From contig OZ244720.1 in assembly GCA_965219085.1 (NCBI GenBank), forward strand, positions 576,001-640,000: a stretch of DNA of 64,000 nucleotides, written 5' to 3'. The notes below the pieces were generated by a model. That model saw nothing but the letters and a program-made list of their open reading frames with translations, was not told where the DNA came from and searched no databases. Source of the stretch: Dehalococcoidia bacterium (lineage in GTDB: Bacteria; Chloroflexota; Dehalococcoidia; UBA2979). The first letter of the stretch is position 1. Every line of letters begins with the position of its first letter. Position numbers and translations under genes: made by a program. Shown piece by piece: positions 41,801 to 47,738 of this stretch.

Positions 41801-42096
41801 TGTTGCCGTGGCCGGAGTGCCTGCGCGGCGAGATCGCCGCGGGCTTCAGCCTCGTCATCTACGAGGGCGGTAGCGTCGATGATCTCGTGGCCTGCGCGGC
41901 GAGCTTGCGCGTCACGGCCCTCTACGCGCTCCACGACGGCGAGTTCGTTCCCTACATCCTTGGTGCGCCCGACTTCGTGAACCGCGAGTTCCGTGAGCTG
42001 TTCCCGCGCGGTCTTCCGCCCCTCACGCCGCTGGTTGCCAGGAGCGAGGAGCCACCAACAGCCGGCTCCGACCGTGACGGCGCGGCAACCAACTAA
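29803..42096 (+). CDS. Giant secreted adhesin-like protein: FN3, two LRR blocks, Calx-beta/Ig, cadherin, aryl-sulfate sulfotransferase-like domain, about 12 PKD-like repeats, shared cassette
   Basis: ATG 29803 lies downstream of the promoter and gives the signal peptide MARTRKHQLPVLLAALALCGLVLALS. LRRs follow LTNLETLDLYSNPDLSSLPDGVFDK; ASST-like motifs are DAHDF, FNSIE, WRLG, GQHSA, LYDNG. About 4,100 aa. Confidence 0.88.
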   Translation: MARTRKHQLPVLLAALALCGLVLALSPSGAPRVGAQQDSVPARPTGLTVTAVTHDSVSLGWHDPGDAGITHYQVLRRDRDRDALGAFTTIEESTGSPATSYTDTTVAPDRRYAYRVQAVNRHGVSQRSSFAASDTPAAPAPYLEADPLTAGWEEDPGGHNGVDAFTFRIAFSEDISLSAETFREHSLEVIKGSVNAGGASPESNTVEVTTESPVDICDRTTQVRDGLLGVGEVTTTDCALVDADELATVATLDLTAERIFSLDAGDFAGLSGLTNLVLEVNRLEALPAGVFDPLTNLTWLDLCINYLRSLPVGVFDQLTKLTNLDLYFIMNLTTLPAGVFDKLTNLETLDLYSNPDLSSLPDGVFDKLTKLTTLNLSRNPQLSSLPDGVFDKLTKLTTLNLRQNYRLSPLPAGLFDQLTSLETLDLRSNPERLLYSPYLLAPLTSLDTLNDKTYTRPSAPAAPTELTGAYASGQIELSWTAPSGGGKATSYQILRQVGSGPEEVYVEDTYNTNRAAITYADTEVVLGETYRYRVRALNAGGAGAESGTAEVTARDNQPPDVTLNSPPGPVRGGQTLTLTATASDPEGDMLTYAWSSDPPLGSFSNAATLSTTWTAPTATSQGQRTDLTLTVTDDGDPVAMTTVSRNVLVKRNGAPEVSVSPTDITVRGGETVTLDGTATDPEDDALIYVWVSSPATGAFANSAALDTTWTAPAATDAEQFIDLVLLATEDRAGGLFADAPVHVTVLPAIAWSVTADPGTIPEDGGVSTVTVSSGGHTFSEPQTITLVLAGTATKATDYSVAGETLTLPAAATSVTTTITAVSDSVSEGSETVQVTARFGGEDVGETATITIAEGTTLTLEVDPAAIAEAGGASTVTVSTIGGTFAADQTITLVLTGSATKATDYIVAAETLTLVAGTTSVATTITAVDDVLDDNAETIVVTARHDGSDVGPATITISDDDVPVDIVWESAPNALEGAGELKATLTATAAEPRAPAAGFDLQVSTAPGSAQSPDDYAAIMMQTLTFAANDFQLVAQAGAGGGGITSQAPAFVATKEVVVTLATDLIVEADETFEVQVDLALGTSALVTLDGGRSGISETATILDDDTAAFSLSASPMTIAETGGTSTVTVTTSKAFSTGQTVELQVGNFGAAPATEGTDFTISPKTLPLAAGQKTVTATVSALDDSETEGDEKVRVRVGHNGNVQPAAVVITISDDDSAGIRVSSMALAVPEGSSSSYTVRLNTQPTGTVTVAITGQAGTDLSVSPASLTFTTATWEEERTVTVTAAQDPDAAPDAAVTLTHAATGGGYESVPDVDVTVTIAEDEAAAIVVSSMALTVEEGETETYTVRLQTPPSVTVAVIVTSSDTEVTATPQSLVFTSANWSLDRTVTVEALDDEDAEADPPVTLTHTATGGEYASVAATVSVTVTDDEITTGPLLDICERTTQVRDGILGADEVTATDCALVDADELATVAILDLEAQMITALDAGDFAGLTGLTNLVLEDNQLQALPAGVFDPLTSLTWLDLCINDLRSLPAGVFDQLTNLTDLDLYFTINLTTLPAGVFDKLTNLETLDLYGNLDLASLPDGVFDQLTNLATLNLRRNPQLSSLPDGVFDKLTSLTTLDLSHNHRLSPLPGGLFDSLTSLISLDLRSHFAPLLYSPYLLAPLTSLDTLDDQTYSRPSAPGVPTGLTGAYTTAQIELSWTAPSGGAAATSYQILRQVGSGPEEVYVEDTYNTNGAAVTYADTEVILNETYRYRVRALNAGGAGAESQPVELTTALDLSGPATVTYPENRAVRVATYTATGPTGPAWSLSGADSDKFSLEDGVLRFLLPPEPLPDYESPSDADGDNVYTVTVAITAGADTASTDVAVSVTNADEGGAVTLSTLRPSTGTAVTAAVSDPDVVTAGTVSWQWERFRGLSDWTAIDGATSAGYTPTAADSGYYLRATASYTDGEGAGKSAQAMTTSPPLSHELSSLAASNSAGGMYPVFDPPTLHYAVSCAASDIVTLSLSPKDAGARVAVNGIQRDTANDVVLTEVDPDSDILITLSGSDGAFTTYVVHCIPDDYPTIEVTERKAGAWDGLILGGATMGDRDAPNRWSALLLFDTNGVPRFHRRLGDFGVNHLKPTGGGLYPFGYAHGSPPGSPPGGRVSLMDHDLAVASFIGVPASADADEYIDAHDFAHKANGNTVIVTDDPTTRDLSAFKDVDGNPLGTAEEVEDNIIRELAPSGATLFTWNSWDHVELGDCAQHNFPGEYAWFNSIEVVDGNYLVSLKGCSKIVLIDGASGEMIWRLGKTNLTDQEWIDNGRTPPLKIVGDTYGEFCGQHSAKILDNGHLVLYDNGNVCVRDPETGQRTRQNDQFSRVVEYALDPEQGEAVFVRHHSFKNGFDMFTSATGLVAPIDNGNWLISWGRASDALATETISEVNPATDEELLHIRIEDGSGRRHATRSYPLRADQVGALSAVEPLAADFPSSASSSVVHLGPTDRPTVVVAFNQPVVDPTSAAGWISVQGATIESVSPHIISGEAANAHLITLIPAGDEPITLSLIASHACAMGGICTADGMPLSATVSVTVRFNHAPTVSATATPATVNGGGAVTLDGTASDPDPGDTLTHAWTSDGGGSFDDASTLDATWTAPAATGADQIVTLTLTVTDTAGVSAEISKSVTVRANQAPAVSVSTTPLTVGGLEAITLTGSASDPEHDALTYAWTSDGGGTFATPAALVTTWTAPAKTNADQNIVLTLAVTDSGAGALTGVATVSVTVRANLAPTASATPLMTTINGGGLVSLTGVANDLDQDALTYEWTSDGGGSFNDPSALIATWTAPPATTVDQRITLTLTVTDAVSAAATAQVSVTVRANQAPIVSVSPPSVTVDGGGTVTLGGTSSDPEGDTLTYAWTSDGGGTFTTPSALLTTWTAPAKTNADQSIVLTLTVADNGAGALTSMATVSVTVRANQAPTVTVSPPTATVDGGGTVTLGGTSSDPEGDTLTYAWTSNGGGSFDNASVPDATWTAPDATSSDQSIVLTLTVTESGAEAGALADTATVSVTVRANQAPTVTVSPPTATVNGGDVLSLDGTATDPEGHTLTHAWTSDGGGSFDNASVPDATWTAPAATGSDQRITLTLTVTDDGAGTLEGTATVSVTVSALGSTAPTASASGMPTTVHGRGVVTLTGTANDPLGDTLSYAWSSDGGGSFDDAAALSTTWTAPAAASSGRSITLSLMVTNTAGESTTATVGVRVLANQAPTVSVSPESVTVDGGDTVRFDITAFDPEGDTLTYKWSTDGGGTFVWGTFTYATWTAPPKTDAVQHIVLTLIVTDSDAGALTGMATVSVTVRANLPPTASVSATPTTVHGGGVVTLDGTASDPDGGALTYEWTGPGGGSFGDAAALDTTWTAPKATSADQNITLFLTVTDTASATTTFGVSVRSERDAAGVGWVAFATAEDTVSITVRANQPPEVSVSPATAAVDGDGELALTGTATDPEGDDLTYAWSSDGWGSFDDDAALSPTWTAPPAEDDPRTITLTLRVTDNGIGALTGMATVEVTVGQPVTPPTGPGGGGGGGGGGPSGPSPSELDFEWNVKRDLEALDGGHDTPTGSWSDGTVLWIAENGPGAGDAVYAYDLQTGERVEEREFELDERNRAPRGVWSGGTVIWVSDSGQDRLFAHDLETGERLPERDLELGERNGDARGIWSDGETMWVLDGGKDRLFAYDLGSGELVAEYALDDANGDPHGIWSDGVTIWVSDHGAKRLLAYRLEGEALVRNSEEEFTELSKASNNSPRGIWSDGEVIYVADESDDKVYSYNMPDAIDARLAALTLSGIEIGEFTGDRTEYEGVAAEGVTETTVEAATVQRRTTVLIEPADADGDDTNGHQLALEGIDAITVTVTSADGSRTRVYRVRLEGGAAQEAPWTHCLRGDVAEGFSLVVYEGGGVEDLVTCAESRDVVALYALHGGVYVSYILGAPGFVNQPFVELFADGVPPVTPLVAGSSGPPSADPNQGDGALLPWPECLRGEIAAGFSLVIYEGGSVDDLVACAASLRVTALYALHDGEFVPYILGAPDFVNREFRELFPRGLPPLTPLVARSEEPPTAGSDRDGAATN
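37525..40430 (+). repeat. Ten tandem ~95-aa PKD-like repeats within the giant protein
   Basis: Recurrent N(Q/L/H)(A/P)P...V(D/N)GG..VTL.G...DPEGD.LTYAW.SDGGG.F......TWTAP....LTLTVTD. Confidence 0.85.
40480..42040 (+). repeat. Shared C-terminal cassette, copy 3
   Basis: Near-identical to 27085-28640. Confidence 0.9.
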
Positions 42097-42121
42097 GGTG
42101 GCTTGACTGTCCCATCCTTGG

Positions 42122-42223
42122 CCGCAGGACATCGGCAACGCGATGCTGTTCCTGGCGAGCGAGGAGACCTGACTTAGACTGGGCGTCGTGCTGCCAGTCG
42201 ACGGTAAGTACACGGCGCAGTAG
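42122..42223 (+). pseudogene. C-terminal remnant of an SDR oxidoreductase
   Basis: PQDIGNAMLFLASEE*...GVVLPVDGKYTAQ*, a typical SDR tail with an internal stop and indel. Confidence 0.6.
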
Positions 42224-42249
42224 CGCCGTCGGACGCGAGAGGGACGCTC

Positions 42250-42930
42250 TTGGATTCCGGCGGGATCTTCGCGGTGCTGAAGGATGCGCCTCTCGGGGCG
42301 TACGCGGTCTCGCTGGACCAGACCATCGTGTTCTGGAACAGGGCCGCGGAGCGGATGCTCGGCCACACGGCCGACGAGGTGATCGGCCGCCGCTGCTTTG
42401 AGGCGGTGGCGTCGATGACGCCGGCGGGCCTGACTCAGTCCTGCAGGGACGGCTGTCCCGTACACGCCTTCCGGTTCGGCGAGGTCCCCCGGACGTTCAG
42501 AACCGGGATGCTCACCTCCGCCGGCCACCGAAAGGATGTGCTTCTCACCCCGATGTTGGTCGCTGGTACCGAGCAGAACGCTCCCCTGGTCGTGCATCTG
42601 CTGGAGGACCCTGGCGCTGCAGCCGGGGCACCGCGCGAGTCGGCCGACTCCGTGCGGACCGATCTGATCGCGCAAGGGAGCGATGCCGTCTCGGACCATC
42701 CAGTCCTGGCACCGCCATCGGACCGCCCCGCGAGGCTGGCTCCACGCGAGCTGGAGGTGCTGCGCCTCGTCGCGCAGGGTCGAAGCACGGTACAGATCGC
42801 GCAGGACCTGAACATCAGCCCGCACACCGTGCGCAACCACGTGCGCCACTTCCGCCAGAAACTGGGCGCGAAGACCAAGCTGGAAGCCGTCCTGACGGCT
42901 GTGCGTCTGGGTATTCTGGATTACCAGTAG
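42250..42930 (+). CDS. PAS-domain LuxR-family transcriptional regulator
   Basis: PAS motif IVFWNRAAERMLGHTADEVIGRRC; LuxR HTH LAPRELEVLRLVAQG...ISPHTVRNHV...KLG; GAGGG RBS with a TTG start. Confidence 0.9.
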   Translation: MDSGGIFAVLKDAPLGAYAVSLDQTIVFWNRAAERMLGHTADEVIGRRCFEAVASMTPAGLTQSCRDGCPVHAFRFGEVPRTFRTGMLTSAGHRKDVLLTPMLVAGTEQNAPLVVHLLEDPGAAAGAPRESADSVRTDLIAQGSDAVSDHPVLAPPSDRPARLAPRELEVLRLVAQGRSTVQIAQDLNISPHTVRNHVRHFRQKLGAKTKLEAVLTAVRLGILDYQ

Positions 42931-43202
42931 CGAGGTCTGGTCGTGGCCAAGCCTCGACCCGCGTCGCGAGCAGCGCACGGTGCGGCTGGCGACCAGACTC
43001 GTTGGGCTCCCCGGCACCCCCTGCGGAACGACAACGGCTGGAACACGCAGATCGCCGACCGCTTCACATCCGACGGGAAGTATCCTGTTCCCCGCTACGA
43101 GATCGCCGTCGTCTTCATCGAGGTTCCGGGCTCCGCCGCCCCGCCGCCGCCCACCGGGGCCGATGTGAGACGGATGCCATACCGCATCAACCCGCACACC
43201 TA

Positions 43203-43278
43203 TTCACAATACATTCACATGTAAGCGCACTGAGTTCACGATTCGTGCACTGACACGCGTCCAACGGGCCGGGAGAAT
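43203..43278 (+). promoter_or_regulatory. Conserved activator-box promoter, copy 4, orphaned by the IS stack
   Basis: TTCAC 43203, 43214 and 43235; TGCAC 43246; CTGACA(43250)-17 nt-GAGAAT(43273). Confidence 0.7.
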
Positions 43279-43291
43279 GGAGCTACATCGC

Positions 43292-43743
43292 CTAGTGTCC
43301 CGAGTCAGGAATGCGCTCTAGATAACCGGCGAGGTTGTCCAGGATCTGGTCCGCGGTCTTGTGCCAGATGAAGGGCCGCGGATTCTCGTTCCAGCTGGCG
43401 ACCCACATCTCCACTGAGCGGATCAAATCAGGGACGCTGTGGTGCGTGCCGCGCCGGAGCCACTTGCTGGTGAGCTCTGCGAACCAGCGCTCCACGAGGT
43501 TCATCCAGGAGCTGTAGGTCGGCGTGAAATGGAAGGTGAAGCGTGGATGGCGCTGGAGCCAGCGCTGGATGGCGGGCGTGCGGTGCGTGGAGACGTTGTC
43601 GAGCACGACATGCACCGCCAGCTCACGGGGAACGCTGCGGTCGATGAGGGTGAGGAACCGCTGGAACTCCCGCGCGCGGTGCCTGGGGGTCATCTCCGTT
43701 AACACGTGCCCCGAGGCGACATCGAGCGCCGCGTAGAGATTCG
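43292..43743 (-). pseudogene. IS630 transposase, C-terminal part
   Basis: NLYAALDVASG...VVLDNVSTH...TPTYSSWMNLVERWF. Confidence 0.9.
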
Positions 43744-45110
43744 GGGTAGCGTCCCAGGAAGTGGTGTCACAGAGGTGGACGTAGGAGACCACCGCGCCAT
43801 CCTTCACACAGGAAACAGTCACGTGAAGGAGGACTACGGTGGTCAAGGAGAGCGTGGACTTGTTGGAGTTGCTTCGCAAGCAGGCGGACGGAGCTGACAT
43901 TGACTTCCTGCGCGAGGCGGTCGCGGTGCTCGCCCAGGCGGTGATGGACGCCGAGGTCTCGGCGCAGATCGGCGCCGCCCACGGCGAGCGCAGCGAGACG
44001 CGCCTCACCCGGCGTAACGGCTACCGGCCCAGGCGCTGGGACACGCGCGTGGGCACGATCGAACTGGGCATCCCGAAGCTGCGCGAGGGCAGCTACTTCC
44101 CCTCGCTGCTCGAGCCGCGGCGGCGCTCGGAGCGCGCCCTCCTCTCCGTGGTCACGCAGGCCTACGTCGAGGGCGTCTCGACGCGCCGCGTCGACGACCT
44201 CGTGCGCTCGCTCGGCTGTGATGGCATCTCGAAGAGCCAGGTCTCGCGCATCTGCGCCGAGCTCGACGAGGTCGTGGAGAGCTTCCTCGAGCGGCCGCTC
44301 GACTCGGGCCCCTACCGCTACCTCTGGCTCGACGCGCTCACCCAGCTCGTGCGCGAGGAGGGCCGCGTCGTCCAGGTGAGCGTGGTCGTCGCCACCGCCG
44401 TCAACGCGACAGGCAAGCGCGAGCTGCTGGGCATCGACGTCGGTACCTCCGAGGACGGGGCGTTCTGGCTGAGCTTCCTGCGCGGGCTCGTGGCGCGCGG
44501 TCTGTCCGGGGTCGAGCTGGTGACCTCGGACGCCCACCAGGGGCTCAGAGACGCGATCGCGACCGTCTTCGCCGGCGCCTCCTGGCAGCGCTGCAGGACG
44601 CACTTCATGCGCAACCTGCTCACCCGGGTGCCGAAGAGCGCCGAGAAGCTGGTGGCGACGACGGTGCGGACGATCTACGAGCAGTCCTCTGCGGCCGAGG
44701 TGCAGGCCCAGCACGCCCGTGTGGTGGAGCAGCTCGCCGAGCGCTTCCCCGAGGCCGCGGCGCTGCTCGCCGACGCCGGACCCGAGATCCTGGCGTTCAC
44801 GGCCTTCCCGTCCCAGCACTGGCGGCAGGTCTGGTCGAACAACCCGCTGGAACGCCTCAACAAGGAGATCCGGCGGCGCACCAACGTCGTCGGCATCTTC
44901 CCCAACCGCGCCGCGGTCGTGCGGCTGGTCGGCGCCGTGCTCGCCGAGCAGCACGACGAGTGGGCGGAGGGGAGGCGCTACATGACGATGCTGCAGTCGC
45001 TGCCGGCGGCCGTGGCCGAGGTCGCCTCAGGCGAGGAGGTGCTGCTGCAAGCTGCCAGCTAGCAAATGATCAGGATGGTGCACTGCTACACCACTTGCAG
45101 GGACGTGACC
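43744..45110 (+). mobile_element. IS256-family insertion sequence
   Basis: IRs GGTAGCGTCCCAGGAAGTGGTGT and GGTCACGTCCCTGCAAGTGGTGT; direct repeat AGATTCG at 43737-43743 and 45111-45117. Confidence 0.9.
43839..45062 (+). CDS. IS256-family transposase
   Basis: RNGYR.R, IPKLREGSYFPSLLE, YLWLDA, TSDAHQGL, WQRCRTHF, SNNPLERLNKEIRRR; GGAGG RBS. Confidence 0.95.
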   Translation: MVKESVDLLELLRKQADGADIDFLREAVAVLAQAVMDAEVSAQIGAAHGERSETRLTRRNGYRPRRWDTRVGTIELGIPKLREGSYFPSLLEPRRRSERALLSVVTQAYVEGVSTRRVDDLVRSLGCDGISKSQVSRICAELDEVVESFLERPLDSGPYRYLWLDALTQLVREEGRVVQVSVVVATAVNATGKRELLGIDVGTSEDGAFWLSFLRGLVARGLSGVELVTSDAHQGLRDAIATVFAGASWQRCRTHFMRNLLTRVPKSAEKLVATTVRTIYEQSSAAEVQAQHARVVEQLAERFPEAAALLADAGPEILAFTAFPSQHWRQVWSNNPLERLNKEIRRRTNVVGIFPNRAAVVRLVGAVLAEQHDEWAEGRRYMTMLQSLPAAVAEVASGEEVLLQAAS

Positions 45111-45760
45111 AGATTCGTCGTGCCGTGACGGACGTAGTCGTGTGTCTGGCGGGCGGGGACGTGGGGCATCATCGGCAACATCGGAGCGGTGCGGTCGAGT
45201 GCCTGGACCTGGGTCTTCTCGTCCACACACAGCACAACGGCCGCGTCGGGCGGGTTGAGATAGAGCCCGGCCACGTCGCGGACCTTGTCGATGAACTGCG
45301 GGTCGGGCGACAGCTTGAAGGTCTCCACGAGGTGTGGCTTCAGGCCGAAGGCGCGCCAGATCCTGACGATTGCCGACTGCGACATCCCGAGCGCGGCTGC
45401 CATCGATCGGGTCGACCAGTGCGTCGCGTCGGAAGGCTGCTCCTCCAGCGTCTTGACGATCACCGCTTCCACCTGTGCATCGGTGATCGTGCGGGGCGCC
45501 CCGGGGCGCGGCTCATCCGGTAGCCCATCGAGCCGACGCTCCGCGAAGCGCCGGCGCCACTTGCCGACGGTGACCGGATGGCAATCGAGCGCCGCGGCGA
45601 TCGCCTTATTCGATGTTCCCTCGGCCGCGGCCAGGACGATGCGACAGCGCAGCGCCAGCGCCTGGGCCGATGTCGGCCGGCGCGCCCACCGCTCCAGCGT
45701 CTCACGCTCCTCGTCGCTCAGGACGATGGTGACCGTCGGCCGTCCGATGCGGGTGCTCAT
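45111..45760 (-). pseudogene. IS630 transposase, N-terminal part
   Basis: HTH RCRIVLAAAEG...TVGKWRRRF, then HWSTRSMA, VLCVDEKTQVQALDR, DYVRHGTTN. It rejoins the C-terminal part as HGTTNLYAAL. Confidence 0.9.
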
Positions 45761-45845
45761 GACACTCCAGAGTCTGCCCCATGGGGCACAACCCCGCTGT
45801 GCCAGACTACCTTTTATATAGAGCTATTGAGACTCAGGACACTAG

Positions 45846-45996
45846 CAGGGTGATGAAAAAGTCGTCTGGGACGGTCTCGGCCCGGAATCGACTGCGTGCG
45901 GCTACCGAGAAACCCTTTGTTGTCAAGGGTTTTTCCGAGCGCCGCAGTGCCGCGAAACGCTCCGTTTCCCGACTTCAGGGGTTTTTCATCACCCTG
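45846..45996. mobile_element. 151-bp non-autonomous element (MITE)
   Basis: Perfect 15-bp IRs CAGGGTGATGAAAAA and TTTTTCATCACCCTG. CTAG lies on the left and is restored on the right once IS1182 is removed. Internal hairpin AAACCCTT...AAGGGTTT; partial second copy at 8949. Confidence 0.85.
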
Positions 45997-46084
45997 CTGA
46001 GGCTGTCGCACAAACCCCCGAGCGAGGTGGCATCGCGGTAGGATGAGCATGGCGGCGGGGGCGGAGTGATTCCGGGGTGCCGCC

Positions 46085-47467
46085 GTGACCCAGCGCTTCC
46101 TGCCGTGCGACCGTGACCAGCAATACCTGATGCCCGCCAGCCTGCGCGACTGGCTGCCCGAGGACCACCTCGCGTGGTTCGTGCTCGATGCGGTGAGCCA
46201 GCTCGACCTCAGCGCGTTCTACGCGCGCTACCGCGAGGACGGCTGGGGGCGGAAAGCGTACGAGCCGTCGATGATGGTCGCGCTGCTGCTCTATGCCTAC
46301 TGCGAGGGCGAGCGCTCGAGCCGCCGGATCGAACGGCGTTGCCGCGAGGACATCGCCTTCCGCGTGCTGAGCGCGAACCAGCAGCCCGACCACGCCACGA
46401 TCTGCCGCTTCCGCCGGCAGCACGAGGAGGCGCTCTCGGGCCTGTTCGCCGGGGTGCTCAGGCTCTGCGCCGAGGCGGGTCTGTTGCGGGTCGGCGTGGT
46501 CGCGCTCGACGGGACCAAGCTGCGCGCCAACGCCAGCCGTGAGCGCAACCGCACGGATGCGGAGCTCGAGGCCGAGGTGCGGCGCATCCTCGCCGAGGCG
46601 GAGCGGGTCGACGCCGGGGAGAATGCGCGCTGCGGCGACGCGCGGGGCGACGAACTGCCCCCGCAGCTCAGGAACCGCGAGGAGCGCCTGCAGCGGCTGC
46701 GCGAGGCGCGGGAGCGGCTGGCGGCTCGTGAGCGGGAGCGGCAGGAGGACTACGAGGAACGCCTCAGGAGCCGCGCGCAGAAGGACCGGCGCGGGCGCCG
46801 CCCGCAGCCGCCGCAGCGCGACCCGGGCGCGAAGGTGAACGTCACTGACCCGGACAGCCGCGTGGTGCGTGACTATCACGGCTACTTCCAGGGCTACAAC
46901 GTGCAGGCGGTGACGACTCGCGACCAGATCATCGTCGCGGCCGAGCTGACACGTGCGGCGACGGACATGCACGAGCTGCAACCGATGATCGAGGCGGCGA
47001 ACCGCAACCTGCAGACCCTGGGCCGAGCGCCGGCGCGCGTGCTGCTGGCCGATGCCGGCTACTACTCCGAGGCGAACGTGCGGCAGGCCGAAGGCAGGGG
47101 TCCGGAGTTGCTGCTCGCGACCCGCAGCGACCGCAACCGGCGTGGCGGCGCAGCGCCGCCGCGCGGGCGCATCCCTGCCGGGCTCTCCGTACGTGAACGG
47201 ATGGACCGGAAACTGGCGACGCAGCGTGGCCGGCGTCTCTACGAGCAGCGGCGCTGGATGATCGAACCCGTCTTCGGCGACATCAAGGAGAACCGGGGCA
47301 TCCGCCGGTTCATGCGGCGCGGGATCGCCGCGTGCGCCAGCGAATGGAAGCTGATCGCCGCCACCCACAACCTCAAGAAGCTCTATCGCCGGGCGCGCCC
47401 GTCACCCCGGCCGGCGAACAGCAACCCCCGACGAGGAGACCGGGCTACCGCCGCCGCTGCCGCGTAG
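46085..47467 (+). CDS. IS1182-family transposase
   Basis: LPEDHLAWFV, SSRRIE, PDHATICRFR, ALDGTKLRANAS, TDPDSR, GYNVQ, LADAGY, IEPVFGDIKENRG. Confidence 0.93.
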   Translation: MTQRFLPCDRDQQYLMPASLRDWLPEDHLAWFVLDAVSQLDLSAFYARYREDGWGRKAYEPSMMVALLLYAYCEGERSSRRIERRCREDIAFRVLSANQQPDHATICRFRRQHEEALSGLFAGVLRLCAEAGLLRVGVVALDGTKLRANASRERNRTDAELEAEVRRILAEAERVDAGENARCGDARGDELPPQLRNREERLQRLREARERLAARERERQEDYEERLRSRAQKDRRGRRPQPPQRDPGAKVNVTDPDSRVVRDYHGYFQGYNVQAVTTRDQIIVAAELTRAATDMHELQPMIEAANRNLQTLGRAPARVLLADAGYYSEANVRQAEGRGPELLLATRSDRNRRGGAAPPRGRIPAGLSVRERMDRKLATQRGRRLYEQRRWMIEPVFGDIKENRGIRRFMRRGIAACASEWKLIAATHNLKKLYRRARPSPRPANSNPRRGDRATAAAAA

Positions 47468-47499
47468 CGCGCCTGCCCCGCCAGACACGACCGCTCCGC

Positions 47500-47540
47500 G
47501 CCAACTGCCAACTGCCAACTGCCAACTGCCGACTGCCGAC
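47500..47540 (+). repeat. Heptamer tandem repeat (GCCAACT)4(GCCGACT)~2
   Basis: Directly visible inside the IS1182 right end. Confidence 0.85.
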
Positions 47541-47738
47541 CGGCTACCCTTTTGGCACTCCACCCACGCGACTCCGTGCAACAGCCTCTGCTAGGTCAAC
47601 AAGGTTGGGCAAATGGATAGTGGCGGCGTGCGGCATCCGCCGCTGCGGTGAACGCGCTCGAGGCCCCCTTCGGCCGCTGCGTTGCCGCTGCCGGGTACGT
47701 GCGCCTTCCTGGCTAATTCTCGCGAGGAGGGAGTGGAA

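Larger units (their letters stand above)
43292..45845 (-). mobile_element. IS630-family element interrupted by IS256
   Basis: IRs CTAGTGTCCCGAGTC and CTAGTGTCCTGAGTC, including the CTAG/TA target. Confidence 0.9.
45999..47588 (+). mobile_element. IS1182-family insertion sequence
   Basis: IRs GAGGCTGTCGCAC and GAGGCTGTTGCAC; 4-bp direct repeat TGCT at 45995-45998 and 47589-47592. Confidence 0.88.

Noticed and set aside
42943-43224. 93-aa ORF after the LuxR gene
   Set aside because: It has no recognisable motif or RBS and runs into promoter boxes, so it cannot be supported.
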